Part shown: positions 1 to 12,181 of the stretch, one piece after another
How the letters are laid out: the number at the start of each line of letters is the position of its first letter
Numbering within the stretch: position 1 is the stretch's first letter
DNA from: Rhodosorus marinus CCMP1338
Lineage: Eukaryota > Plantae > Rhodophyta
Assembly: GCA_029953675.1 (NCBI GenBank)
Contig: JAMWBK010000001.1
Location: forward strand, 930,001-994,000
Reading direction: 5' to 3'
DNA: 64,000 nt
The notes under the pieces: model-generated
Database searches by the model: none
What the model was told of the DNA's origin: nothing
The model's input: the letters and a program-made list of their open reading frames with translations, nothing else
Program-made: the position numbers and the translations under genes

Positions 1-816
1 TGAACACGTTAGAAAAAAAAACAAAAAAAAACCAGAAACCTTAGGGTTAACAGCATCCTCAATTTCACCATTGAGAACTTCAGTTACACTTATTGCACCC
101 AATCGCCCTTGTCCACTGTCAGCATCCTTGGCTTGCCTAATCCGCAAGAGATCCAGTTCATATTTTTCAAAATAAACCAACAATATCACGTGGCATGAAA
201 CAACTTGCTTAACACCATATATGACAGTACAACATCAATTTTATTGTCATTATCGATATAAATATATTTTATATTCCATAGATTGAGGTACAAAGGAAAT
301 TTAAGTGTCATATTGCTCGCAGAGCTCGCGTAGAAAATGAGGTGCTTGCTTCCTTTTTTCAAAGATGATTCTAGAACTATCATTACAATCAGCACATAGC
401 ACGTGTCTGAATAGATTAGATTAGCCAAAGAAAGGAGAACCTAAAATAAATCGACCAAGAAGAAATCAATATCGACGATGGATGAGCCAATGATTTATCG
501 TATTTTCGATTCAAATCCAATGAATTTATGTTATGTTGTGATATCCGTTTTTTGTTTTGTTTTTTGGGAGTATAGTCATCATTTTGGCGTCATACGTCCA
601 ATGTTACTTTTTCCGAGGCGTGATTCATGTTTTTTGAATTGTTTTTTAAGCGTGTGAGGGCAATGTTACTTTGGGCCAAAAAAAGGCACGTGGCGTCGTG
701 CCGTAGCATGGCATATGTCAATGGGACATGACGGATAACGAGAGCGCAGCTGCTCGTGGGAGAGCTTATATAAGGGTTTGAGGAAGGAAGTGAGATTTGG
801 GAAAGGTTGGGGCGCG

Positions 817-1416
817 ATGGGAAGAACGTTGAGCATAGAAAGTCGTTCTAGGAGTAGATTTGAAGTTTTGAGGAGCGTTTCAGTATCTGCTTTATTTTTT
901 TTGGTTGTGTGTGCGGGGTTGATGTCTTGGAGAGTGAAGAATTGGTTTGCGAAGGCACCGAATACGGTCAGAGATATGGGAAAGTTTGAGTTGGAGAGGA
1001 CGGAGGCGGAGTGGAAGAAGACCCTCACTGATGAACAGTACTATGTGCTGAGGCAGAAGGGGACGGAGAGAGCCGGAACTGGGAAACTTGACAAGTTCTA
1101 CCCTTCGGAGGGATATTTTAAATGCGCAGCGTGCGAGAACCCGATTTATTCAGCGCAGTCCAAGTTCGACTCCGGCTGTGGTTGGCCAGCATTTGACAAG
1201 CACTACGACGGGTCAATCAAGACCGTGATTGACAACAGCTGGGGAATGAGGAGAATCGAGATCATGTGCTCGAAATGCGGTGGCCACTTGGGTCACGTGT
1301 TCGAGGGTGAAAGGCTGACGAACACAAATGAACGTCATTGCGTGAACTCCATCTCCCTGAAGTACGACAAGGGGAGTGGAACTGACGATCTGAAGGAGAA
1401 GCCTCTCATGAAGTAA
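817..1416 (+). CDS. msrB: Peptide methionine-R-sulfoxide reductase MsrB (zinc type) with N-terminal hydrophobic segment; intronless
   Basis: Motifs LRQKGTERAGTG, CAAC...KFDSGCGWPAF, CSKCGGHLGHVF and RHCVNS. First in-frame ATG is at 817 (the track start at 778 is TTG). TATA-like TTATATAA at 766-773. Confidence 0.95.
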   Translation: MGRTLSIESRSRSRFEVLRSVSVSALFFLVVCAGLMSWRVKNWFAKAPNTVRDMGKFELERTEAEWKKTLTDEQYYVLRQKGTERAGTGKLDKFYPSEGYFKCAACENPIYSAQSKFDSGCGWPAFDKHYDGSIKTVIDNSWGMRRIEIMCSKCGGHLGHVFEGERLTNTNERHCVNSISLKYDKGSGTDDLKEKPLMK

Positions 1417-1573
1417 ACTCGACTAAAAGTGTTTTATTCGCATACCTAAAGTTCATCAACATGTCTAAATTAAACAAAGGAATACTTTTGGGAAATCACG
1501 ATTCACACCCTGAAGCGCAGGTGAATGGTCGAGAAACTCTTAGCAGTCCTTTTTGGGGCAGCGGACAGGTCCT

Positions 1574-2276
1574 TCAGTCCTCTGTAACAGAAGGCTTCGG
1601 CTGTCTTATCATCACAAACTGTTTGTACAACACTCCGCGAACGCTAAGTATTCTTTCCTTCAATATCTGAAATCCAAGTGACTCGAAGAATGGTCTCGCT
1701 GTAATACTCGCATGCACCGTCAGTGGTCGCATCGGAAATACCTTTTCCGCACACTCCAGAGCATGTTCGAACAGAATCCTACCAATCCCCTCCCTCTGGT
1801 GCTCATGGTGAACGTACATCATATCCAGATGACTACCTCCGACTACACTCATGAAACCTACTACCTGCAAAGGTTCACATTACGTTGAGAAATTCCCGAT
1901 TGCGCGCACACAAAAGCGAAGCAGCGCATTCTTGGCCTACCTTTTGGCCTCTCTCCGCAACCAACGCCAGCCACGACCTTGCCAACCGCCGATTCATCCG
2001 ATTCGTATCCAACCCAACTCGTGCCCATACTTCACACTGAAACTCCGAGTAGTCCTTACCGTTCACTTTCCTAACGGTGTTCATAAACAGCTTTGCAACA
2101 TTACCTTTATCGCTTTCCTTGTATCTACGGCATCTTACAGGTCTGCGATCTCCTGCCCCTCCTTGAAAGGAACTAAATAAAAAACAAATCGGTAAATCGG
2201 TTCCGTGATATGCCCGAGAATTACAAAGTTGTCCATCTCCTACTGATCCTCCCAACGAGCCGAACAAGAAGCTCAT
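1574..2276 (-). CDS. GNAT-family N-acetyltransferase, YafP/Acetyltransf_10-like; spliced
   Basis: Joining ORFs 1875-2285 and 1574-1870 across a GTAGGC...TTGCAG intron (1940-1865) gives AERGQK|VVGFMSVVGGSHLDMMYVHHEHQREGIGRILFEHAL...LTVHASITARPFFESLGF, with the acetyl-CoA motif QxxGxG. A further 5' intron is possible, so the start is uncertain. Confidence 0.8.
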
Positions 2277-2593
2277 GGTCTTCAAATGAAAACAGTAATC
2301 GCGCTTCTATTTCGAAATTCTAGTTCCTACCCCTGGGCAGCTGAATATTCCAAGCTTCTACTGACCGGCCTTAGGCTGCCCCCTTGCAATTCCTATCCGT
2401 TGGCAAGCTTGACAACATCTGTATATCAAGCCTGACCTCCAACTACTCATGCGGCTTGGACTAGGAGCTAGAGTTGAGCATCCAAGAGAGCTAGGTGCTA
2501 AACGAATGCATATTGGAGGAGCGCCTGCTACTCTTCCAGCAAGCGTAGGTCTCCTCTCGCGGGCGAGCTCGAGTCTCTGTGTCACCTTCCGAT

Positions 2594-5500
2594 CTATCTT
2601 AACAGTAGCAGAATCTCCAGCTGCAAAGTCCCTTCCCGCGATCGGACGAGGACTTTCACTTCTGACAAGAACTTGATCTGAAGACTGATAGGCTCCTCGA
2701 GTTGGGTAGCCGGTTTTCCGGTCTCGTCTGCGCAGAGCGTCTGGGCGACATCTGCATGGTTGAAGAATCGCGTCGCAAAGTCAGTGGTAGTACGATACTT
2801 GGTCTAAAGAGGGACCCGAACGGGCAGAAAAATAATGTTTCTGATCCTGATTGAACGTGTTCGTCGCTCACCAGCACTATTAGCTGTACCTGCCCGCTTC
2901 CTTCTCCTTCTTCCTTTTCTGGACCTGACGTGGGACCGAGAGACTAGGATTAGTTTCAACATGAATTGGTAAGAAACTTCTGACATTCCTCGCGCACTTC
3001 TGATCAGTAGGAATTTGCTCGGGTTCCTGGAGGTTAAGAGAGAGCCGCACAGTTTTCTGTTTCGGATCTACTTCAGAGGTGCAACCCTGCTCTCTCATCC
3101 TATCAAAAAAGAACTGCCTGTCTGTAGCCAGTGCCGACACATGGACGATTATACATTCGGACGTCACGTCAACAACAACACCATTAAATACCTGAAAGGT
3201 GAAAGCGGGGGAGGGACAAAACTCCCGCCGATTAGGTCTCAAGCTTCCGCGTCAGACTCGAAGCTGCGTGGACGCTCGCTTACTGTCCATTTGGGCCCAA
3301 GATACAAGCAAAGGTACATGAAATCTTCTTCGTCCTCGGCTTGGCCTGCGGCTGTCTTCTTTTCGTTGCAGTTCTTCAATATCTCCTCAATCGAATCTGA
3401 CGATTGTCCCAGAACCGCTGCTCGGACGCCCTCATCACTTTGCAAACTCTCCGTAGGCCCATCACAAACCTCATGGCCAAGTCTTTCAATGGAAAGCTGC
3501 AAGAGTCTGTGAACAAGCACATCAGGGTAGCGACGAATGGGACTGGTGAAATGCGTGTATCTGGTCGAGGTCACAAGAAGGGGAACAGCGAGTGAGCTGA
3601 TCGAATGCAGACCGATCTTTACACCGTTCAAAGCACTGCCTATGTGTCAGTACCTGGGAACCGCAAGGCCGTAGTGATGCCAAGAATCCTCTGGCACTGC
3701 CCCAGTGCAGAAATATTGAGCCTCGAGCATTGGCTTGGTGAAAAGCATGTCCAGTGCTCTGACTTGCTCCTCGGAGCCGATAGTCCCTAGTCGTTCCATA
3801 GATTGCTGGAGTTCTTTGGACGTACTGTATGTGGTGATCCAAAGACGCTCAGATCAGCAACAAGTAGTGACGAGACACGGAGACGGAATATCCTCACCCA
3901 TAGTTGACCTTCTGCTGAAGGCATTGCTCGCAGAGCTTTGCTACCTTCTCGAGCGCCGTGGCACTTGGCGCCGGATGCCTTCGCAGGGTTGCAAAATCAG
4001 GAAAGGTGTCGCTGATGAAGTTCGCCACGCTTGAGTTCGCTAGCAGCATGAATTCTTCCACCAAATGATTCGCAGGGGTTCCACCGAGGACTTGTTCCAT
4101 GCCCGTAGGGTTTCCCTCCGAGTCGAGAATAAACTTCATCTCCGAACGGTGGAAAGTTATGGACCCGTTGTCAAACCGACGCTTTCGTAGGTTTTGAGCA
4201 ATGCCGTGCAGTTGTTGCACGTCGTAAACAACTTCATCAAACTTGAAACCGTTCCCAACATCCAATTCCAGCCCTTCTGGGAGCTCCTGCGGAAATCAAG
4301 CCATTTTTCGATAAGTGTCCCGGCGAGGCAGTGCAAGCGAGACAAACTGGATCACCCGGATCATACCCCAGGCTCTGTGTCGATCATTTCTTGTGCTTGT
4401 TCGTAGCTCAGCTTCGTGCACGAGCGGATGACAGATTTGCCAAACCATGTCTTTCTGACGTTCCCTTTTCTGTCCATTCGCCATCGGACTGAGAAGCTCA
4501 GTCGATCGACTTGCGGGTTTAAACTGCAGAGATCCTCACATAGAGCCCTGGCGCAATGAGATTGTGTAGGTGGTAAGCAGATGAGACTCGACCTCGAGCG
4601 AGTCGTCCGAACGTAAAGCTCGTCAGGTGTTTTAGAACGCGTTTTAGAGCATTTCCTGACGCTTCCATACCTCGGAAGCATTGGAATAACTCGTCTAATC
4701 AAGTAGACCGACGTGGCGCGGTTCCTCGCTTCAAGGTCAACTGCACTATCCGGTTTCACAAAGTGCGAAACGTCCGCGATATGAACTGAAACCTCGAAAA
4801 GATCATCGTCCACTTTGGTGATCGACAACGCATCGTCCAAGTCCCTGGACAGCCATCCCCGTACGTTTCAGATAGAATGTAACCTTTCTTGTGCGGCGTG
4901 AATGGCAACGATACCTCGCCGTCTTTGGATCAATACTAAACACTCGGGTTGCTCGAAAATCATGTCGGCCCTCAAGCTCCTCCTGCACAACATCTGCAAC
5001 TTTAGGCAACGGAGCGGACTTCACGAAGTCCGGGATTTCGTCCTGCACATTATTCGATTGAAGAACAATTCTCCGGCATGTTTCCAAATCCCTCATGTCA
5101 CCTACATATTCACAGTTAACAGTTGGAAGATACATAGTGCGGGGCCACTTAATCACTGTCACCGAGAAAACCTTTCCTTCCAAGCCTTCCTCGACGACTT
5201 TTCTTAATTTCTTCGGGCAATTATCCATGAATATCACAGCGAGCTCGAAGTTTGAGCGCAACCGCCTAAACAGCAGCATCTTCCGTTCTTTCAACAACAA
5301 CAAAAGGGAACAGACCCGCGATTAATCCCATCTTGTTCGATTCCTGTGGGGTATCGTGCATGTTACACAATGGCTAGCGTTTACCTGGAGCCGTTTTCTT
5401 CGATTTCAGCTCGAGGGTCCCGAATATGGCACTCCGATTACTTGCTCCTGAAAGGATGGCCACGACACAACCAGTATCTCTCTTCCGCGCTCTGGATGTC

Positions 5501-6980
5501 AACGGAGCCGAGCTGTCCACATTCTCGATATCGTCGATCAGCTCGTCTTGCGGTGCTTCTTCGCTTACTTTGAGTTGGTCCGAATCAGCAGAAAGTCCTT
5601 CCAACCTCACAGCAACTTCGTCCCCGTGAAGCGCTCGATTGCGGTTACGCCATCCACCTAGGGTCATGTTAGCGTCAGAGGACGGGCATACAGCGAAAGC
5701 ACTTCAGAAATCCAAACCTACAGATCAATATGTCCTCCTCCTTCCCCGGAAGGCTAACAAACGCCAGCCGTTGGCTCTTGGGATACTCTCTGAACTTTCC
5801 TACCAAAACCGTACCCTCCGCAACCCTTGCCTGAACTTCCTCAGGGCTCATATGTTCCTCGAAGGTGGCCTTGTCCTGTTAAATGGGGTTCCTCAATTAG
5901 CATTTGCACTTCATTTGCGCACAATACCATTCTCACTCCAATGAAGCAGACCTTCGTTTTACATGCGACGACTGCTGGCTTTCCCGCTGCTGGCTCTACC
6001 TCAGCAGCTCGCGGGGAGTTTTCAGGTAGTTCAAACTGAGGAGTCCACATTCCCGTTCTGTTGAATTCCTCCCAGTTCTCAGATTTTCCCTGGATTGGTA
6101 CATTCAAGTTTCGCGATCCCCAATCGGTGCTCACATTAGGACCGCTGCACATGGATTGCATAGGATACTGTTCATTGGAGGACTCAAGTGCATTGGAGGA
6201 CTCTGCACTTGACGAATCACTCCCGAGGCTCTGAACGTCCTCTTCGACTCTGGAAATATCGAACGGGTCGGTTTCGGTTTTCGCCTTAGAATGATTTCGG
6301 CTGGATGTCGACTCCTCTCTGGATACTACCGAGGCACTGAAATTCGATGTACGGTCATTTTCATCTGCAATTTCTTTAGGATTGGGTTCAGAGTCGTGGG
6401 GTTTCGCTCCTGACTGTTGGGAACCCTTCAACGACTCGACGAAGCGTTTCCAGTCTTTGTCCAAGCTGCGAATAACTCCTTTCAGCATTTGAACGTTCTG
6501 ATGCTGGAAAATCTCGTGCGGTAGCTTTTCGAGCTCGCCGTTGAGGTCCTTGAGCTCATCAAAAATCTGAACCACTCGAACTTCGATGGGGTTGGGCAGC
6601 TCAGCATCATCCACGGTATTGTCTGACGGGACAGCTTCCGCTGTACCCGTGCTCTCTTTCGCTCCTTCATTGGGTTCCGAGCTGAATCTCACAATTACTC
6701 CCGACTTAGACCTGAAACTGGGCTTGGAGGCGATGGTAAGGCCTTTGACGGTCCTCCTCTTTGGCGACTCCTTTGGTTTCGCGTTTCCACGATCTTTTCT
6801 CCGTCTACCCGCCTTTTTCGCACGCTTCTCCATATCCTTAGCAGCCTTGACAGTCTTGCTCGCTTTTGCGGAAGCGCCGGTCAGCTGCGCTTGGTTCACC
6901 TTCCCAGGCTCACCTGAACTCTCCTCACGCGGTTCTGGTTTCCCCTTCTTCTTGCCTCTCTTCCACCTTGAGCCAGCCAT
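2594..6980 (-). CDS. DIS3L2: DIS3-like exonuclease 2 (RNB/RNase II family); multi-exon, with long low-complexity N-terminus
   Basis: Spliced motifs [30 protein letters not shown]|DLDDALS (catalytic Asp residues intact), [17 protein letters not shown]...PMLPR|[21 protein letters not shown] and [20 protein letters not shown]. No PIN domain seen. Last exon read manually as ...[28 protein letters not shown] (TAG at 2596-2594). The 3' exon structure is approximate. Confidence 0.88.
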
Positions 6981-8660
6981 GTTTCCAGTTATATATCCTC
7001 CTCGTCGAGATTCTCAGGTTCTTAAGTCTCTTCGTTTATGTTCTCTTCAGTTTCCATCCTCCTCAATCCACCTCGTACGGAACACGACTAGATAGCTTCT
7101 CATCAGAGCGGGGGAAAGCTGCTATTGCATCGGCGACTGTTCCACTGGACTGGAATCAGAACATACGTGTAGACAACCAGATTCTGAGTGAATGTATTGA
7201 AAGCTTGAAGGCTGGCGGCTAAGGTTCTGTTTCATCGAACATATGTTCTGTTTCATCGGGAACTATTTCAGCCTCTGGAAGACTGCTTCATCTCAAGTTG
7301 TGAATTCGTCTCACCGAACGCTGGTCGTTGGGTAAGGAATTCTTTATATAGAGAACCATGATTTCAGAGTATTGAAAACTTGAGGCACGGCTATAGCATC
7401 CGCTGCATCGAAGAGTATTAGGGGCAGAGCTAAAGTCAAAGTCCATGTGAACCAATGCGGCTCTCCTTCGTCGCAACGGGCGCTGGTTGGGAGTCGACGA
7501 AGTCTCTGTGAAGAGAACTAGACTGTGACTTCTGAACATTGAAAGCTTGAATCAAGGCTATAGGTTCTGGCGCAGTGAACTCTGGATGTGGGTTGAGGAG
7601 GGTTTCGCAGTGGCTCTTAGAAAGGCAGGTGGTCCTCTTCTTGAGGTCCGGTTAACAAAGTTTGTCAGAACTAGCCCGTGTTTTTGAATGAATTGTGCAC
7701 GTTTCCCTTTTCTACGAAAGATTTTGAATGATCCAGACGCTGGGGCCCGGGGAACTGTTGCTTTGTTCTGGCGTTGTTGAAGTACTGCCGTTTGCTATGG
7801 GAAAATGCAGTAAAAAAACACGCTCCGTCAGAGAAGACCGCAGTTGCTATGCGGGCTCAAGGAGCTTCGATTCATTGTGTATGCGCAGAGATGGAAAATT
7901 ACTTAGTACATTCCGGCTTGTGAGCTCAAGCGAAATTGGACCAGAAGCACCGCCCTTTGACTGCCAAAGCTCTCCTTCAGAACGCCGCATCCAATCAGGA
8001 CGGATTGGCAGACGCCGCACACACAGAATGAAACAGAGCTCAGCCTCACTGACTCTTCCAACGCAGCAATAGGTCAGGAAACCGTCACGCGGCAGTTCTG
8101 CTGCTACTCTAGAAGACGATATCTCCGTCACCATCCAACTCACATCGATTTCATTAATCTGTCCCAATTTAAAGTAGCCATCTCATCACTCAAATACATA
8201 TCATCATCTAAAACTTCAAAAATATATTATTTGTTCTCCGGAAATTTCTACAGAATGAGAAGAGTGGACCCAAAATTCAGTCTACATGCCAAAGCTAGAA
8301 AACTAATAGTGAATATTGTATTATTTTAATCGATAGTATGATGAGAAAAAACATAAAGGTGCAGATAAATTAGAACAGCTCATTTAGGGGCTTCAGGGTT
8401 GTTTAGGGCTCTCATGTGGATGGAAACTTCTTGAGCAAGATGGCTTGGAGGGGATGAGGAGCAGCTTTGGGTATGAATTGATTACTGAAGACTAGAGTTT
8501 CGCACGTTTTGCTGTAATTTAATCCTGAGCATGAACTATGAACAAATATTGAAGGGAAAGGAGAATTTCCTGTTTTGGAGGTCAGCTGTGAGATGTCTTC
8601 TTTGAGGCCGGGTGTTCTGTTGTTGTCTGGATTTGATTTGGTTCGAATTGGAGTTTCTTG

Positions 8661-10210
8661 ATGATGCCTGGAAGCGCCAAAAAGGAGAAAAACGGCGTTC
8701 TGCACCATTTAAGGAAACGAGAACTAGGAGCTGTGGCGAATGAGCTGGACTTCGTGGAAAGCTGTGGAAAGAGATTCGTGCCGATAACGGCTATAATTGA
8801 TCGGGAGTGCAAGATCTTGAGATGCTATTTATTGGGTTTTACAGCGTCAGCGACACATCTTGTGTCCTACATTCGAGAGTACTGCTCTGGATCTGAGGAA
8901 GAAGTAGGAGGTTTTGAGCACAGGTTTATTCTCAAAGCCCAGTTCTGGAACTTTAACGGACCCGATGCTCCGCTCACGCTCTTCAAGGAGACGATTCTCT
9001 TCGACGGACTCAGCTTCGATTGCGACATCCTGAGAGAGGATTTTGGAGAGCTTTCCTACATCGAAAATGAGAGGTCCGGGCTTTGTCTCTTCCACTATGA
9101 GTACGGAGCGAGCTCTTTGGGTTTCAGGGAAACATGTTTCTGCGCGATGACTGTTCCATATAGAATCAGAGGCTCACAACCAAATTCTACTATGATTTTT
9201 GATGTAAGATAGAACCTTTTTTATCGCATTCACTTCGGGGAGTTGCTGTCCAAGTGTTCATTTTATCCGTATAGTCGCCACGCCTGACTCAGACACTCGT
9301 CACTATGCAGGTTTGCGAAGCGAGCGCCCGGCTGAATCTCAATGAGTCCATATTCGAAGATGATAGAGGCTTGACGCTCATCGTAAACACCGGAGCAGCT
9401 TTGAAGATTGTGAACCTGGAGCTGAGAGAAGAATTCGATCAGAGCCGACCAATAGAAACTACTGCGGATGATTCTCTGGACTCGCCATTTCCGTGGTGGA
9501 CGGTTGTACAACCCAGCTCGGAAACCAGGACGACAAGTACGATGTTCACTCCATGATACTTGTTCCTCCACACGCGTTGAGTGTTGAAGCTCAGATTATT
9601 TGCACCCTGAAATGCAGGTACAAGTCCGCATATCGCTACCCAGTACAGCTTTGATATGGAAGTATATATGATGGAGGCATTTCAATCTTCTTTCAAGGGC
9701 CGGATCAACTCGTACGACACCAAAGTGGTTGCGTATCAAGAGAATACAATCAGCATTCTATTCCACGACCTCCAAGAGAGCTCCTCCCGGAGTAAATACT
9801 GCGCGACTGCGAAGGTAAACGCGTCTACTGGGGAGGCAACGGTTGTGAACGGAATGCGTTCTTACGTAGTGCCGGAGCCGGGTATGGTACCAAATATGGC
9901 CAGTGGAGACGAAGGAGTTTCTCCCAGGTTGGTTACAAAGTACTCTCACACATCCGTTTGCCTAATAAGCATTCGTGCTTTTCAAAGGGAATGGAACTGC
10001 CGTTCGCATCTAAGCACCTGCAATATGTCTTTGATCCCGCTCAGGATAAACCTGAATTCTGCAGAAGCTGTACACTACGGAGGCAGACCTAACAACAGGG
10101 CAGGCATCTATCATCTGGATGATAGAGCAGTGAGGGAAGGGAAATCTTTGTCGAGGCTGGACCATCCATTGTCAACGTATGTCATAGTCGGCTATCACGG
10201 TGAAAATTAG
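8661..10210 (+). CDS. DCAF15-like CUL4-DDB1 substrate receptor; 3-4 exons
   Basis: ORFs 8658-9212, 9305-9556 and 9656-10210 join in frame via introns at about 9204-9310 and 9537-9617. Colinear motifs resemble human DCAF15 from N- to C-terminus (see findings). Confidence 0.65.
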
Positions 10211-10684
10211 AGGATCTTCGATAGTGCGTAATCGAGTTCATGTGTATACTCGAGCACAGTACATAACTTGTTCAACGTATTGGACAGCAACCAGTATATA
10301 AAGCTATCAACGAGAAAAGTTCTACTATGGGACAGGGGGAAATGGCACAGAAGATATCCTATTATCTTCTCTTTGGACGAAACGAAGAGAGACTCTCCAA
10401 ACTTCTTACGTCAATAGGACGATACCGTGGTTATGCTGTGTCTATACGACGCACTTTCTTCAGCCTCCAAGAAACCAGAACCCCAGTTCTTGTACAAATC
10501 TGTACTGTGATACTAAGATGTACTGTTGGCTGAGGTTGGTAAGGCTGGTAGCTGTGGATGGTGAAGACGATGACTGGATGAAGGCAAAGGGGCCTTTTAT
10601 CTGTCTACTGCTTTAGTTCGCTCTTGTTATATTTTCTTTTCTGTCGGTGACACAAGAAGAAGACATTTTTTGAGGGCGGAAGAA

Positions 10685-11857
10685 ATGATGGATACGCCGA
10701 CTGATACTATTGAGTCCGTGTCAATTCATCCGTTAGTTCTGGTGAATCTGTCTGATGGCCACACTCGGCTGATTGCAGCTGGGGAAAAGTCTGGTTCTTC
10801 ATCGAAGAGCAGAGCTGGAGTTCGAGCGACGGGAGTTCTCCTCGGGAAGCACGTTCGAAATGTTCTGGAGGTAAATCATAGTTTCGAGTTGAAAGAGAAC
10901 CCGGATGGTAGCTTCGATCGAAACTTTGGAGAAACCAGATTGGGACAGTTTGAGGAGATATTTCCCTCGCTGGAGGTTGTTGGTTGGTATGCTTGCGACG
11001 ATCAATTGAGACAGAGCGATTCACAGAGACATACAGAAATCGTAGAAATGTTCTGCGAGAAACCAGTTTTCCTTCTCTTGGACGCCACAAAAGCGCTGAA
11101 GAATGAGCAATCAAGCACCGGGTATTTCGAGACCATACCGATAACCGTGAACGTAGCAACGAACGTGGATGACTCTGAAAAACTTTCCTTCAAGCAAATC
11201 CCTTACAACTTTCTTTCAACGGACTCTGAAAGAATCGCCGTGGATCACGTTGTGGAACACGCCACATCTTCCGACGAGAACAGTTCAGATATTCGTGAGT
11301 CAAAACCTCGCTACCTACCTCTCTGTCCAGGCTGCTGAATGTCAGATCTTGAAAGGCTAAGGACGAGCATCAGATCGGCTCACAATCGTGTGTTTCAATT
11401 GTGATCGTCTTCCCTCAGTATTACAGCATCTGAAGGCACTCCGACGATCAATAACTATGCTCAAAACGAGGGTGGACGTAATATCATCCTATCTCGAAGC
11501 ATCTCAAAAGGGTGAAATCCCATGGGATGCACGTCTCATGAGAGCAGCCGCGGAGGTACTCGCTGAAGAGAGCATTCCCAGACATGTCCTCAACTCCCAG
11601 TGTTGCTAATACAGAGTGTCCTACAGGTATGCAGGGAACTTCCTAGCATGCAACTCGCCGACTATACCAGAGCTCTAAGTGAAGAAGGAGAAAACGTGAA
11701 GATCGTTTCCTATATGACCGGGGTCACAAAGTCAGTTTGCCATCTTGATGACCTCGTGAAGAAGTTCAAGGCTGCGTACGACGGATCAATGCATGCACCT
11801 AGAAAGGGCACGTTCAGGGGCCCTGCTTTTGCATCAGGATCGCTACGGTTTGTATGA
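10685..11857 (+). CDS. CSN6: COP9 signalosome subunit 6 (non-catalytic MPN domain); 3 exons
   Basis: SIHPLVLVNLSDGHTR, GVLLGKH, EVNHSFEL, FPSLEVVGWY and SERIAVDHV, plus C-terminal helices LRRSITMLKTRVDVISSYL and VCRELP. No JAMM metal motif. Confidence 0.88.
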
Positions 11858-12181
11858 GGAATGAACTCTTTCGGAGGGAGCCTGCGGATCAGAGTATTCA
11901 GATCTCGAAATCAATGGAATCGTCCAGACGGGAACGGAAGGATCGGAAACAAGGGCCCGAAAGAAACCGCAGAAAATCTTTGCAGCAATCGGCTCAATAA
12001 TTCTAGCCGAGAGAAAATCCTCAGTAGCGACCAGCTTGTGTATTACACTGTATAGAAATCTGAGTCCATGCCATAGTTAAAGCGTGTTAGGAATAAGGAT
12101 GACCAAACATAATTGAAAGAGAAAACCAAGTCAAAGATGACTCTGCCCAGAAAAGAATTGATTCTCTTGGCCTGTTTGTAG

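Noticed and set aside
36-50. Telomere-like AAACCTTAGGGTT
   Set aside because: A single imperfect unit, not an array.
186-428. 80-aa minus-strand ORF at the window start
   Set aside because: It lies in AT-rich promoter-like sequence with a non-ATG start and no recognisable motif.
1321-1360. Selenocysteine in MsrB
   Set aside because: The catalytic RHCVNS uses a Cys codon and there is no in-frame TGA.
4545-4667. Stop-free, in-frame (3n) introns (also POLE about 16351-16428 and DCAF15-like about 9928-9987)
   Set aside because: With dozens of short ~50% GC introns, a few stop-free 3n cases are expected by chance. There is no evidence for regulated retention without RNA data.
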